In this document: piece by piece, positions 36,516-44,927 of the stretch
How the letters are laid out: each line of letters starts with the position of its first letter
Position numbering within the stretch: the stretch's first letter is position 1
Origin: an uncultured Methanosarcinales archaeon
Lineage (GTDB): Archaea > Nanobdellota > Nanobdellia > Woesearchaeales > GW2011-AR9
Assembly: GCA_964632045.1 (NCBI GenBank)
Contig: CAZWBB010000007.1
Span: 1-60,717 of the forward strand
Reading direction: 5' to 3'
DNA: 60,717 bases
The notes under the pieces: generated by a model
Told to the model about the DNA's origin: nothing
What the model saw: the letters and a program-made list of their open reading frames with translations, nothing else
Database searches by the model: none
Program-made: the position numbers and the translations under genes

Positions 36516-37679
36516 TCACTCACTGGTAGTTTTCTTGAGCTGCCTGTACTCCCGCATGAACTTCCGGAGCACTTCTTTGGTCCCTTCCATCTCTTCTCTA
36601 AATATACGTTGCGCTTCGCGGAATTCATTTATGGAACCTTCCCCTGCTTGTTGCCAAGCTTCATCCGCCTCCTGCTGCTTTTCCTTGACATCTTCCAATT
36701 CGCTGGCAAACTCTTCTTTCATCTTCTCCAGCTCAGAAGTATCGACTCCCTGCTCCTGCAGCTGATCGATACGCATCTGCATCCCATTCTCAAACTCGAC
36801 ATGCTTCTCAACCACACTCTCCAATTTTGCCCTAACCAAAGAAGCTACTATCCTTCTTTGCTCTTTACGGATGTCCTGCCAGGTTTGCTTTAGTTCTTTG
36901 ATCGCCGCCTTCAAATCCTCATTAGTCGCTTCATCTTTCAGAGCTTCCACTTTTTCCCTAGCAGTAGTAAGCCTTTCCTCCAGCCCTGCAATCTTAGCCA
37001 GCGCTTCTTCTTTATCTTCTTCGCTAAGCGCCTTTGATGCTTCAACGCGATTGGTGAGTTTTTCCAACGACCTATCGATCAAAGCTTCCGTCTTGAGTAA
37101 GTGCTGCTTCACGCCTTTCTTCAAAGCCAGTCTTTTATTAGGACAATCTTCAGAATCCTCTTTGCATCCTTTCGCATCTTTCTTGAGCTGTCTTAGTTCA
37201 ACACGATGCTCATGGTACGACGTTCTCGCCTCTTTATGTCGAACCTTCAGTTCATGATATCTCTCCCGGAATTTGCCTTTCAGTTCATTGATCTTTCCCT
37301 TAGCTTGATTCCGTAGCTTTTCCTTGCCTTCTTCAAGAAATTTCTTTCCTTTTTTCTTTGCTCTTTCTTTCATTTCTTGTCTCAGTTCCTGGGTTTCCGC
37401 ACTAGCTTCTTCTGTGACCTCTCTGATCTGCTCTCCAACTTCCTGTCGAGCTTCCTGACGCAATTCCTTAACCTCCTCTCGGGCTCCCTGTCGCACACTT
37501 CTAATGTCTTCTTTCAACCCTCGCAGACCTTCTCTTAATGGCTCTGCAATCTCATCATCAGATCCTTCTACTACATCAGTCTCGCCTTCAGTCTCTTCAG
37601 CAAGTACCATCGGAATGACGCTCAGCACAAACACCGCCAGCAAGATCCAAGGCAGAATATTTCGCACAATCTTTGCCAT
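36516..37679 (-). CDS. Exported long coiled-coil protein
   Basis: Signal peptide MAKIVRNILPWILLAVFVLSVIPMVLA; GAGGTGA RBS; E/K/R-rich helices. Confidence 0.75.
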   Translation of the reverse strand: MAKIVRNILPWILLAVFVLSVIPMVLAEETEGETDVVEGSDDEIAEPLREGLRGLKEDIRSVRQGAREEVKELRQEARQEVGEQIREVTEEASAETQELRQEMKERAKKKGKKFLEEGKEKLRNQAKGKINELKGKFRERYHELKVRHKEARTSYHEHRVELRQLKKDAKGCKEDSEDCPNKRLALKKGVKQHLLKTEALIDRSLEKLTNRVEASKALSEEDKEEALAKIAGLEERLTTAREKVEALKDEATNEDLKAAIKELKQTWQDIRKEQRRIVASLVRAKLESVVEKHVEFENGMQMRIDQLQEQGVDTSELEKMKEEFASELEDVKEKQQEADEAWQQAGEGSINEFREAQRIFREEMEGTKEVLRKFMREYRQLKKTTSE

Positions 37680-37830
37680 TTTTTCGATCACCTCACGTGT
37701 TTTCATGTCATCCTGGTAGAAGAATTTCTTTTTAAAGATACTTTTCTGAAGCTTTGCTAGAATCTTGAAAAACGGTCTGAAACCTAAAAATTTTTGTAGA
37801 TAAAGCTTTAGGAAGCTTTATGGGATGTAA

Positions 37831-37958
37831 CAAAAATCCGCCGCTCGTCGCTATCCACGGGCTAAAGCCCATGGCTTTGCGCTCCTCGCTTAGACTGGTG
37901 GATTTTTGGAACAGTAATTTAGCGCCCTAAAGGGCGGAGCTTTTTACCCAGCTAAATT
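37831..37958. repeat. REP/IS200-IS605-end-like palindrome cluster
   Basis: CCACGGGCTAAAGCCCATGG inside CAAAAATCCGCC..GGTGGATTTTTG, and CGCCCTAAAGGGCG inside AATTTAGC..GCTAAATT. Confidence 0.6.
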
Positions 37959-38005
37959 CCTGTAAAGAAGAAAAGTTTAAATAGTGTGAAAATATTATTT
38001 TAATC

Positions 38006-38269
38006 ATGTTCGGATTTAGTCAATGGAAAAAATTCAGGAAAGAAGTAATGCATTCTAAGATTGACCTGAATGAAATTGAATTGCATCTGGTGTTAGAAGC
38101 TATCAAAATTTCGAAGGCCAAGAATAAGATCGAATTGGTGACGTACCTACAAGCAATGATCCGGGGAACTTTTGGATCACACGAATCGGCTGAATTTAAG
38201 AAGAACAGACAAGCAATGCGGTTTTGGAATACACTTCAGAAAATAATAAAGAATCTTCCTGATAATTGA
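38006..38269 (+). CDS. Small hypothetical protein
   Basis: 87-aa ORF with AAAGTTTAAATA about 25-30 nt upstream. Confidence 0.5.
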   Translation: MFGFSQWKKFRKEVMHSKIDLNEIELHLVLEAIKISKAKNKIELVTYLQAMIRGTFGSHESAEFKKNRQAMRFWNTLQKIIKNLPDN

Positions 38270-38331
38270 TCCTAACGTTGTCACCGTCTTCTTCCATTAC
38301 ATTTTTAAAATGTAGGAATATATCCACCGGA

Positions 38332-39084
38332 ATGAAAAAGCTGATCCTCCCTCTGCTGATCCTTCTTACCGTATCTTTAGCAGTAGCCACCACATTGCAA
38401 GGAACCATATACAATGAGAATCTGGAAGTGGAGCAGGATGTTCTGGTTGAGATAGATACTCTTCCCCAGCAGAAGTATCTTGCCAAAGAAGGAACGTACA
38501 CTTTTGAGGTGCCTCCGGGTAAATATATACTGACAGCCAGGAAAAGTTTTTCAGAGATAAATGAAGATGTAGAGATAAGAGATGGTAACGACGGAGATAA
38601 ATTCATCTTTGACCTTTTCCTGTTACCTGATTTCGCAGAAGAAGATGATCTCTGGCAGGATAGTGAAGAAGAATTCTTCGTTGAAGAGACCGATGATCAA
38701 AAAGAAGGTGAATCAAATATGAAATATGATTGGTGGAGATATGCTCTTGCAGCAGTGATACTCGGATATGCTCTCTTCAGGATCGGCAAGTATTACAGGA
38801 AGTACGGTTCTGTGCGTAAATTCCGTAAAAAGATGAAAGTGGAAAACAGGAAGACGCTGGAGCAGCACAAAAGGGACCTGAAGAGGGAACCTGGTCATCT
38901 GGAGAAAGCGATTGACATCATCAAAAAACATGATGGCCGCATCACCCAGAAACAGCTGAGAAGAGAGATGCTGCATCTCTCAGAGACGAAGGTCAGTTTG
39001 ATCCTTACGGAACTGGAATATCGGGGAAAGATCGAGAAGGTGAAGAAAGGACGAGGTAATGTTATTTTATGGAAAGGGGAGTAG
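38332..39084 (+). CDS. Membrane-anchored protein with C-terminal winged HTH (COG2512-like)
   Basis: Signal peptide, small beta domain, TM WWRYALAAVILGYALF, then GRITQKQLRR..LSETKVSLILTELEYRGKIEKVKKGRGN. Confidence 0.75.
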   Translation: MKKLILPLLILLTVSLAVATTLQGTIYNENLEVEQDVLVEIDTLPQQKYLAKEGTYTFEVPPGKYILTARKSFSEINEDVEIRDGNDGDKFIFDLFLLPDFAEEDDLWQDSEEEFFVEETDDQKEGESNMKYDWWRYALAAVILGYALFRIGKYYRKYGSVRKFRKKMKVENRKTLEQHKRDLKREPGHLEKAIDIIKKHDGRITQKQLRREMLHLSETKVSLILTELEYRGKIEKVKKGRGNVILWKGE

Positions 39085-39131
39085 GATATTTCGGCGGAAT
39101 ATTTAAATAACACGTTGTTTTAACTGATCGC

Positions 39132-39332
39132 ATGGACAAAGACGAGTACGAAAACCAAAAAGCAGAATTCTTCAAAGTATTTGCCAGAGTCCCCGCCCCT
39201 TTGAGGGATGAGATAATTGCAGTTGTTGATGACGACACATACACATGGCATACCGCCAATGCGGAAATAGACCACGATACTGAACATGCCAAGAGAATCC
39301 TCCGGCAACTTCACAAGATGGAGGTGATTTAG
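39132..39332 (+). CDS. Small conserved-type hypothetical protein (first gene of protease module)
   Basis: 66 aa; GGAATATTTAAATA promoter upstream; operonic spacing. Confidence 0.65.
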   Translation: MDKDEYENQKAEFFKVFARVPAPLRDEIIAVVDDDTYTWHTANAEIDHDTEHAKRILRQLHKMEVI

Positions 39333-39333
39333 C

Positions 39334-39543
39334 ATGGTTGACTATGACGAAGATATCAAGAATTTAGTCAAGAAAAGGCTTGCAGCTATGCCTCCCGACA
39401 TAAGTTTTTCTGTGGGTGATTATGGTGATTTCACCAGGGACCAACTAATTGAAGAGGTTGAAAAAAGTAGCGAAATTGGCAAAGAGATGGTTGAGATGCA
39501 GGTAAATTTCATCAGGAAGATGCCAAAACTTCTAAAACGATGA
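39334..39543 (+). CDS. Small conserved-type hypothetical protein (second gene of protease module)
   Basis: 69 aa; GGAGGTGA RBS; ATGA overlap with the next gene. Confidence 0.7.
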   Translation: MVDYDEDIKNLVKKRLAAMPPDISFSVGDYGDFTRDQLIEEVEKSSEIGKEMVEMQVNFIRKMPKLLKR

Positions 39544-39999
39544 TAATTATCAGAACAAGACACGATCTGGCAACAGAATACACTTATGCTTGGACTGAAT
39601 CCATCATACACGAGGCAGAAAAGCGAGGTTTTAGAATCACCAAAGTGGAAGGCGTGGATGTAAATTTTGAGAATTTTAGTAAGCGGATCCATAATACAAA
39701 GCCCCGTAATACGAAAACGGTGCGCCGCTGTTTGTTCGAGAAATGAAACCAAACCCTGCTTATCGGCTGTGATAGGTGGCGCACTAAGGGATTTGTTACA
39801 CCCGGTGCGTCATGTTCTTTATATAGAGCGTAGGTGCTATATAAAGGTTGCTGAGGTTTTATCATATTGGTGCGTTCTTCACTCCAAATAATTAGGATTT
39901 ACAAGGAGAAAATCTTGGGGTATCTCATGACACTAGTTAACTAACAAAGTATGTTGTAACCAATTAGGGACAGAACATTATTGTCGAGTAGTTAATTGA

Positions 40000-40015
40000 C
40001 CGAAATATTTAAATA
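40000..40015 (+). promoter_or_regulatory. Archaeal BRE-TATA promoter within the insertion
   Basis: CCGAAATATTTAAATA. Confidence 0.5.
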
Positions 40016-40180
40016 ATTGGGTTACAGTCTTATTTTTAGCTTTGTAGGAAAGAAGAAAATGATGGTAACAAGGAAGAATGCAGAAATGCACAGTTACGGA
40101 TATTCATAAAGTGTTCATATTGATCACTGGCAGAAAAGAGCAGATATAAAATAGTTAAGTAGATTTTAGCAAAATATAAA

Positions 40181-41506
40181 ATGTCAAAGATTGACGGCCT
40201 AAAGGATGTACCATACATAAGGATCGAAGATGGTAGAACGATAGTTACTGATCTTGACAATTCCTCCCTAGAAGGAATAACAGGATTGGATGTTAGTGAA
40301 TTACTTGAACTTCTTGCACAGTTTCGGCATAGTAAGGAAGCAGTTATGAAACATGTTTTTGACAACTACCAGAATACAGTCGATGAAGCTAGGACAATTA
40401 CCGAACTGAAATTAGCCAAGGTTAACATTGAAACGTGTATAAACTTTCTAGGCAATCTTTTTTCCATTTTTGCCTGTCCTTACACTTTTCGTAGGAGAGA
40501 GGAGTCTGAAGAAGAAATGAATGAGCATCGAAAAAGAAGAGTGCTGTTTCAAAAGGGAAGATACTTTAGAGAGATACCATTGGATGAGTCCGCTTGGAAT
40601 AGAGTATTAAGTCATCCGGATTATATAAGTGTACTATATGACAAACTACTGAAAACACCATCCACTCAAATGGTGGCTGAAGAATATGTTGATCCTCATG
40701 GTGATTATGGGTATACAGAGTCTCCACTGAAAGTACTTTTTTCATATGAACTAAAACTGGCTGCCCTTGACAAAAGAGTGGCACTCCCTTACAGGATCCG
40801 TAAATACTGCAAACCCCCGTGGGATTGTATATGGAAAGATAATGGAACTCAGCATGAGAGAATCAATTGTAATATAGTCTATAGAACTAATGTTGAAAAA
40901 TATGTGGATTTCTGGCAGCCAATGGTGCAGAAAAGTATAAGCACAATAAAAGAGGGAGATGAGGATGTAGTACCGTACTTAAGTTTCCTTGTTGGAGTTG
41001 GATGCGAATTAGCATCTGCATTTTGTGAAAAATATGATGAGATTTATCAATGCAAAGTAATGAGAAGCGGAGAGTTGAAGCCAAAAGATTATAGCGTATA
41101 TTCAAAATTGATGAACTTAGAAGCGGACATCCTTCGTTTCCTTCACGGTGAATACATGAAAGTGGGAACTCCAGAAGACGATTGTTTCAAGGAAAATAAG
41201 AGACTAATATTATTAGATCAGATATCTAGGATTTATCGAACTAATGGGATGAAATTTATTACAAGCTGTTATTCCGATGGAGGTTTCAAAGAAAATCTTG
41301 AGTTTGTACGAGATTTTTTTAGAGAGATATACCACAGAAAGAAAGGTGACTATGAAAAAAATCGCATGTGGGATTTTCATAGGGTAGGTATTACCGGACC
41401 AGCATATTCTGATTATTATTGTGGACAACCACTGTTCTTTTTTATAGAACGCCATGGGGGATCATACTCGGTTGCTTTAGATATGAAATTACGTCCTCGT
41501 CCCTAA
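40181..41506 (+). CDS. Hypothetical protein (cargo of the insertion)
   Basis: 441-aa ORF; no integrase, DDE, RT or HNH motif recognised. Confidence 0.7.
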   Translation: MSKIDGLKDVPYIRIEDGRTIVTDLDNSSLEGITGLDVSELLELLAQFRHSKEAVMKHVFDNYQNTVDEARTITELKLAKVNIETCINFLGNLFSIFACPYTFRRREESEEEMNEHRKRRVLFQKGRYFREIPLDESAWNRVLSHPDYISVLYDKLLKTPSTQMVAEEYVDPHGDYGYTESPLKVLFSYELKLAALDKRVALPYRIRKYCKPPWDCIWKDNGTQHERINCNIVYRTNVEKYVDFWQPMVQKSISTIKEGDEDVVPYLSFLVGVGCELASAFCEKYDEIYQCKVMRSGELKPKDYSVYSKLMNLEADILRFLHGEYMKVGTPEDDCFKENKRLILLDQISRIYRTNGMKFITSCYSDGGFKENLEFVRDFFREIYHRKKGDYEKNRMWDFHRVGITGPAYSDYYCGQPLFFFIERHGGSYSVALDMKLRPRP

Positions 41507-42206
41507 TCATTTGCTTTAAAGGGGATGTTGTAATTATCTCAAAGCCCTTTTTCTAGGTTTATTAGATTCTTTTTCTTTATCCTGCTTTGTAAAGACATTC
41601 ATGGGTTTCACCTCTTTTTATTTTCACCCACACATTGATAAGCAAAGTTGACAACAGGAAACTCACCAGTAACCTACGAGTGACCGCTGTCAAGAATTCA
41701 GCCTTTCTCGGCGCACTCACGCGATTTTAGCACCGTTTTGTATTTTTCAATGGTCATGGAAGCCGTTCTAGTTTTTACGATAACAACAAAGAAGAATTAG
41801 TTAACATAAGTTCCTGTTCTCTTCTCAAAGAAACTGTTACATTCGCTAGAGCTTGTAATAGTCTGGCTAACCTTGGAATAAAAGCGATCGAGAACGGTTG
41901 CAAAGCTTTCATCGGGTATCGAAAAAAATTCCTCATACCCCGCCGTCACATTACGACATGCAAACCAATAAATGACCTCGCAGCAAAACCAATCATGGAG
42001 TGCTCCAATGAAGTAGCCCTTGAACTACTAAAAGGAAAAACTGTGAATAATGCTATCACAAAATCTCATAATAAGAGTACAAAAGTCATGGCTGATTTGA
42101 TTTATTCAGAAGATCCCTATGCTTATCCAGTATTGGCCGCATTAATTCATAATGACTCAGCATTGGGATTTGAAGGAGATCCCTCAGCAAGGATTGCATA
42201 ATCCAG

Positions 42207-42710
42207 TCACCAGATATTGCCGTTAATCCCTTTCCGCTGCAGCTTCTCTATCTCCTTTTTCTCATGCGCCTGCAACATTCGATTTTTCTCATCATCAAAA
42301 TCAGTCTTTGCTGCAGAGAATCGTAAATCATATCCCTCAAAAACTTTCTGAAAAATATATCTGACCCTTTCCATATGAAAATCGGAACTTACTATCACTA
42401 AATCCTTTACTCCATACTTGTCAATAATCGGTTTTGCCAAAAGTGCATCCTCAACTGTATCGTGGCTCTCAGCAAATTCCAGAATATCCTCTTCCAGAAC
42501 ACCTTCTTTGATTAAAAACTGCTTTGCATAGTAGGCATGCGGTTTATCCGTGGTATTGAAGTGATTCCCAAATCCACCAGTCACTAGAATTTTATATCCC
42601 TCACGATTCCGATATTCCTCCATTCCTTTTTTGTTTCTGCCAACCGCAATATCAGACAAATTTCCTCCGTCATCATTCGGAGATCCCAGTATGGCAATGA
42701 TTCCATTCAT
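42207..42710 (-). CDS. YdcF/ElyC-like DUF218 family protein
   Basis: ILVTGGFG, ESHDTVEDA, IVSSDFHMERVR; start moved to ATG 42710. Confidence 0.85.
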   Translation of the reverse strand: MNGIIAILGSPNDDGGNLSDIAVGRNKKGMEEYRNREGYKILVTGGFGNHFNTTDKPHAYYAKQFLIKEGVLEEDILEFAESHDTVEDALLAKPIIDKYGVKDLVIVSSDFHMERVRYIFQKVFEGYDLRFSAAKTDFDDEKNRMLQAHEKKEIEKLQRKGINGNIW

Positions 42711-42839
42711 GTAGAAGAGTAAATGCTGCGAGTATATATTTGTTGCTATGCTAACACTAGACCGGCCAAAACATTTATAAATAAGCATCATCCTCAAGTA
42801 AATAATTTAACAAGTATTACACTATGGGGGGAAAGTGAA

Positions 42840-44861
42840 ATGGGGGAAATAACCAGAGAAGACATAGAACTACCTAATTACAGAAACAGCAATCCCGTGG
42901 GAAGTTTGGCGGGAGAGGACATGCTGCTGGGAGATGTGGCGGTTGCCAAGATATTGGCTGGATTGAACGGGCACTATCGTGGTAAGAAGAGTACAGGGAA
43001 GACGCAGTTGATGCGGGATATCTATAACGGTTTCTTTCATGGGAATAAATGGGCCTTGTGGGAGGAAGGAAGGAGTGACTTCAAACCAAAAGAGCTGTTT
43101 GAAAGCCTGAACATCTCATTGGCCAAGGGAAGCATTGAAAACATGCCAGAATGCAGGGCTGTCTATTCTGCAGATGATGGCGTGGAATACCTTATCAGAT
43201 CGTACAAAGAAAACGGGGATTCTGATGGAGGGGAACTACAACTTACCTGGAAGAAGATCTCAAAGGAAGAAAAGGAAAGGATCGAAGCAGATTTCTCTAT
43301 CACCACTGCCGATCTGCAGGTTTTGAGGAACGTTGATAAACGGTTCTTCTGCATCGATGAGTACAACCGATGTCCTGAGGTTGTTATGAACCTTTTCTAT
43401 GGATTGATGACAGGCGAGATCAATCACGACGGTACGATCATCAAGCTCGGAAACGGATATTATTCAGGGATCGCTGCATCCAATCCGGATGATTACGAAG
43501 GTACGTTCAAGATGGACCCGGCGATGTGGGCCAGGTACCATATTGTATTGGATTTTGATGCCTATGAGATTACCGTACGCGATAGAGATGAGTTAAAGAC
43601 AAAGAATCTTTCTCCCGGCGTACAGGAAGCCAGACTTAAGGATCTCACTGATGAGGTTGAAGAAATCTTTAAAGGTATCGGCAGTAAAAAACCTACATTG
43701 AAAGAAAGAGTTGTGCTGCAGTATCTGCAATCCGGCCTGAACTACTGCTCAAATCCAGACATCAGCAGCCACAGCAAAGAACAAATCAACTGGCCCCGTG
43801 CCTGTGGTGAGTGTGACAAAAGCACTAGGTTATGTGGCGTGTTGAGGGGGATCGATGAAAGGGCCGTGCGAGCCGTCTACCGATTAGCTAAAGGATTGGA
43901 AGAGGTCGTGAGGATCAAGAAAGGCCATAAGAGAAACCATGATGTTAAGATCAATCCTGTGGACAGCCTGGTTCTTGCTTATCAGTTCGTCGCCCCTTAC
44001 AAAGGGATCGTCAGTCCAAAAGCAGGCAAAGAGAAATTGAACATCGAAGCGCTGGTTTTGAGGGAATTCGTAAAGACGATCAGGGATAATCTTAATGACA
44101 AATTCAAGCAGTTGGAAGATCTCGCTGCCGGTGAAAGAGTGCCTGACAAGACGCAAAGGAACCTGAATCTGTTACGGAGAGAGTTCAATGAACGCAACCG
44201 ACAGAAAGAGTACGCCAATCTGGAGAATGAAGTAAGAAAACAGTTTGAAGTTGTTAAGACACTGGACCAAGACGAGATATTCGAACAGTTCACGGATGAG
44301 CTTGAAGAGAAAGAGAAGGAAGTGTTGGCAGAATTGATGGGAGAAAACATGGAAAAATATCAGGATCAGCTGATGGAAAAGATGAAATCGATTGATGCCA
44401 ATGCCCACGAGCAGTTGCAGAACCTCATAAAAGCAAGCGAATGGACCGAAGAGGAGTATGGTAAAGACGTCTCTTCAACAGGAAAGCCGTATCAGCAGTT
44501 TGTAACTGAGACCAGCACCGCGGTGATGAACGTACTTGCCCAGTTCAACGACAAACATTTTGTAAAGGATCCTGCTTTCAGGGAAAAGGTGTACGCAGCC
44601 GATCCAGAACTTCGTGAGAAAATTAAGCAGCTCAGCCGTCAACGGATTCTGGAGGAGAAGAAGCCTGACGAGGAGATCACTTATCTGCCTGAAGATAGAA
44701 AGCCACACGTGAATAATGAATTGAGGAGGCGGTTGGTAGAGCGTCTGCAGGAACTCAAAAAGCAGGAGTTTGACAAGAAGAAGAAAGGCCTCTTTGCAGA
44801 AGAATGGTTTTTCCTGAGAGAGTTTTATGATGAGTTTGTAGCAGCGAAGAATGGGAAATGA
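42840..44861 (+). CDS. MoxR-like AAA+ ATPase with C-terminal coiled coil
   Basis: Walker A GKKSTGKT, Walker B CIDEYNRCP, AASNP, MDPAMWARY arginine finger; start moved to ATG 42840. Confidence 0.85.
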   Translation: MGEITREDIELPNYRNSNPVGSLAGEDMLLGDVAVAKILAGLNGHYRGKKSTGKTQLMRDIYNGFFHGNKWALWEEGRSDFKPKELFESLNISLAKGSIENMPECRAVYSADDGVEYLIRSYKENGDSDGGELQLTWKKISKEEKERIEADFSITTADLQVLRNVDKRFFCIDEYNRCPEVVMNLFYGLMTGEINHDGTIIKLGNGYYSGIAASNPDDYEGTFKMDPAMWARYHIVLDFDAYEITVRDRDELKTKNLSPGVQEARLKDLTDEVEEIFKGIGSKKPTLKERVVLQYLQSGLNYCSNPDISSHSKEQINWPRACGECDKSTRLCGVLRGIDERAVRAVYRLAKGLEEVVRIKKGHKRNHDVKINPVDSLVLAYQFVAPYKGIVSPKAGKEKLNIEALVLREFVKTIRDNLNDKFKQLEDLAAGERVPDKTQRNLNLLRREFNERNRQKEYANLENEVRKQFEVVKTLDQDEIFEQFTDELEEKEKEVLAELMGENMEKYQDQLMEKMKSIDANAHEQLQNLIKASEWTEEEYGKDVSSTGKPYQQFVTETSTAVMNVLAQFNDKHFVKDPAFREKVYAADPELREKIKQLSRQRILEEKKPDEEITYLPEDRKPHVNNELRRRLVERLQELKKQEFDKKKKGLFAEEWFFLREFYDEFVAAKNGK

Positions 44862-44927
44862 ATGTGCAGTGAGGCGGTGGAGCGGTGTGCAGTGAAGTAG
44901 CTGGCAGGGAGGCTACACATCCGCTAC

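Larger units (their letters stand above)
39708..41736. mobile_element. 2,029-bp insertion without recognisable recombinase or transposase
   Basis: Interrupts the protease ORF exactly in frame; CCGT at both junctions; appears AT-richer than flanks; carries its own BRE-TATA and one ORF. Confidence 0.65.
39540..42201 (+). pseudogene. Clan CD (caspase/gingipain/CHAT-like) cysteine protease gene split by an insertion; parts 39540..39707 and 41737..42201
   Basis: Joining gives a 210-aa ORF ...RIHNTKPR|FVFFNGHG..TFARACNS..AFIGY with the GHG/AC His-Cys dyad pattern; the 3' part is open from 41731. Confidence 0.75.

Noticed and set aside
39540-39746. 68-aa ORF and the 68-aa ORF at 41995..42201 as independent genes
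   Set aside because: Better explained as the two halves of one interrupted protease gene
39708-41736. Group II intron (GTGCG at 39720), group I intron or BHB intron
   Set aside because: No domain V or RT ORF, no P7/S core or U-G splice-site pair, and no 4-bp central helix with two 3-nt bulges could be drawn
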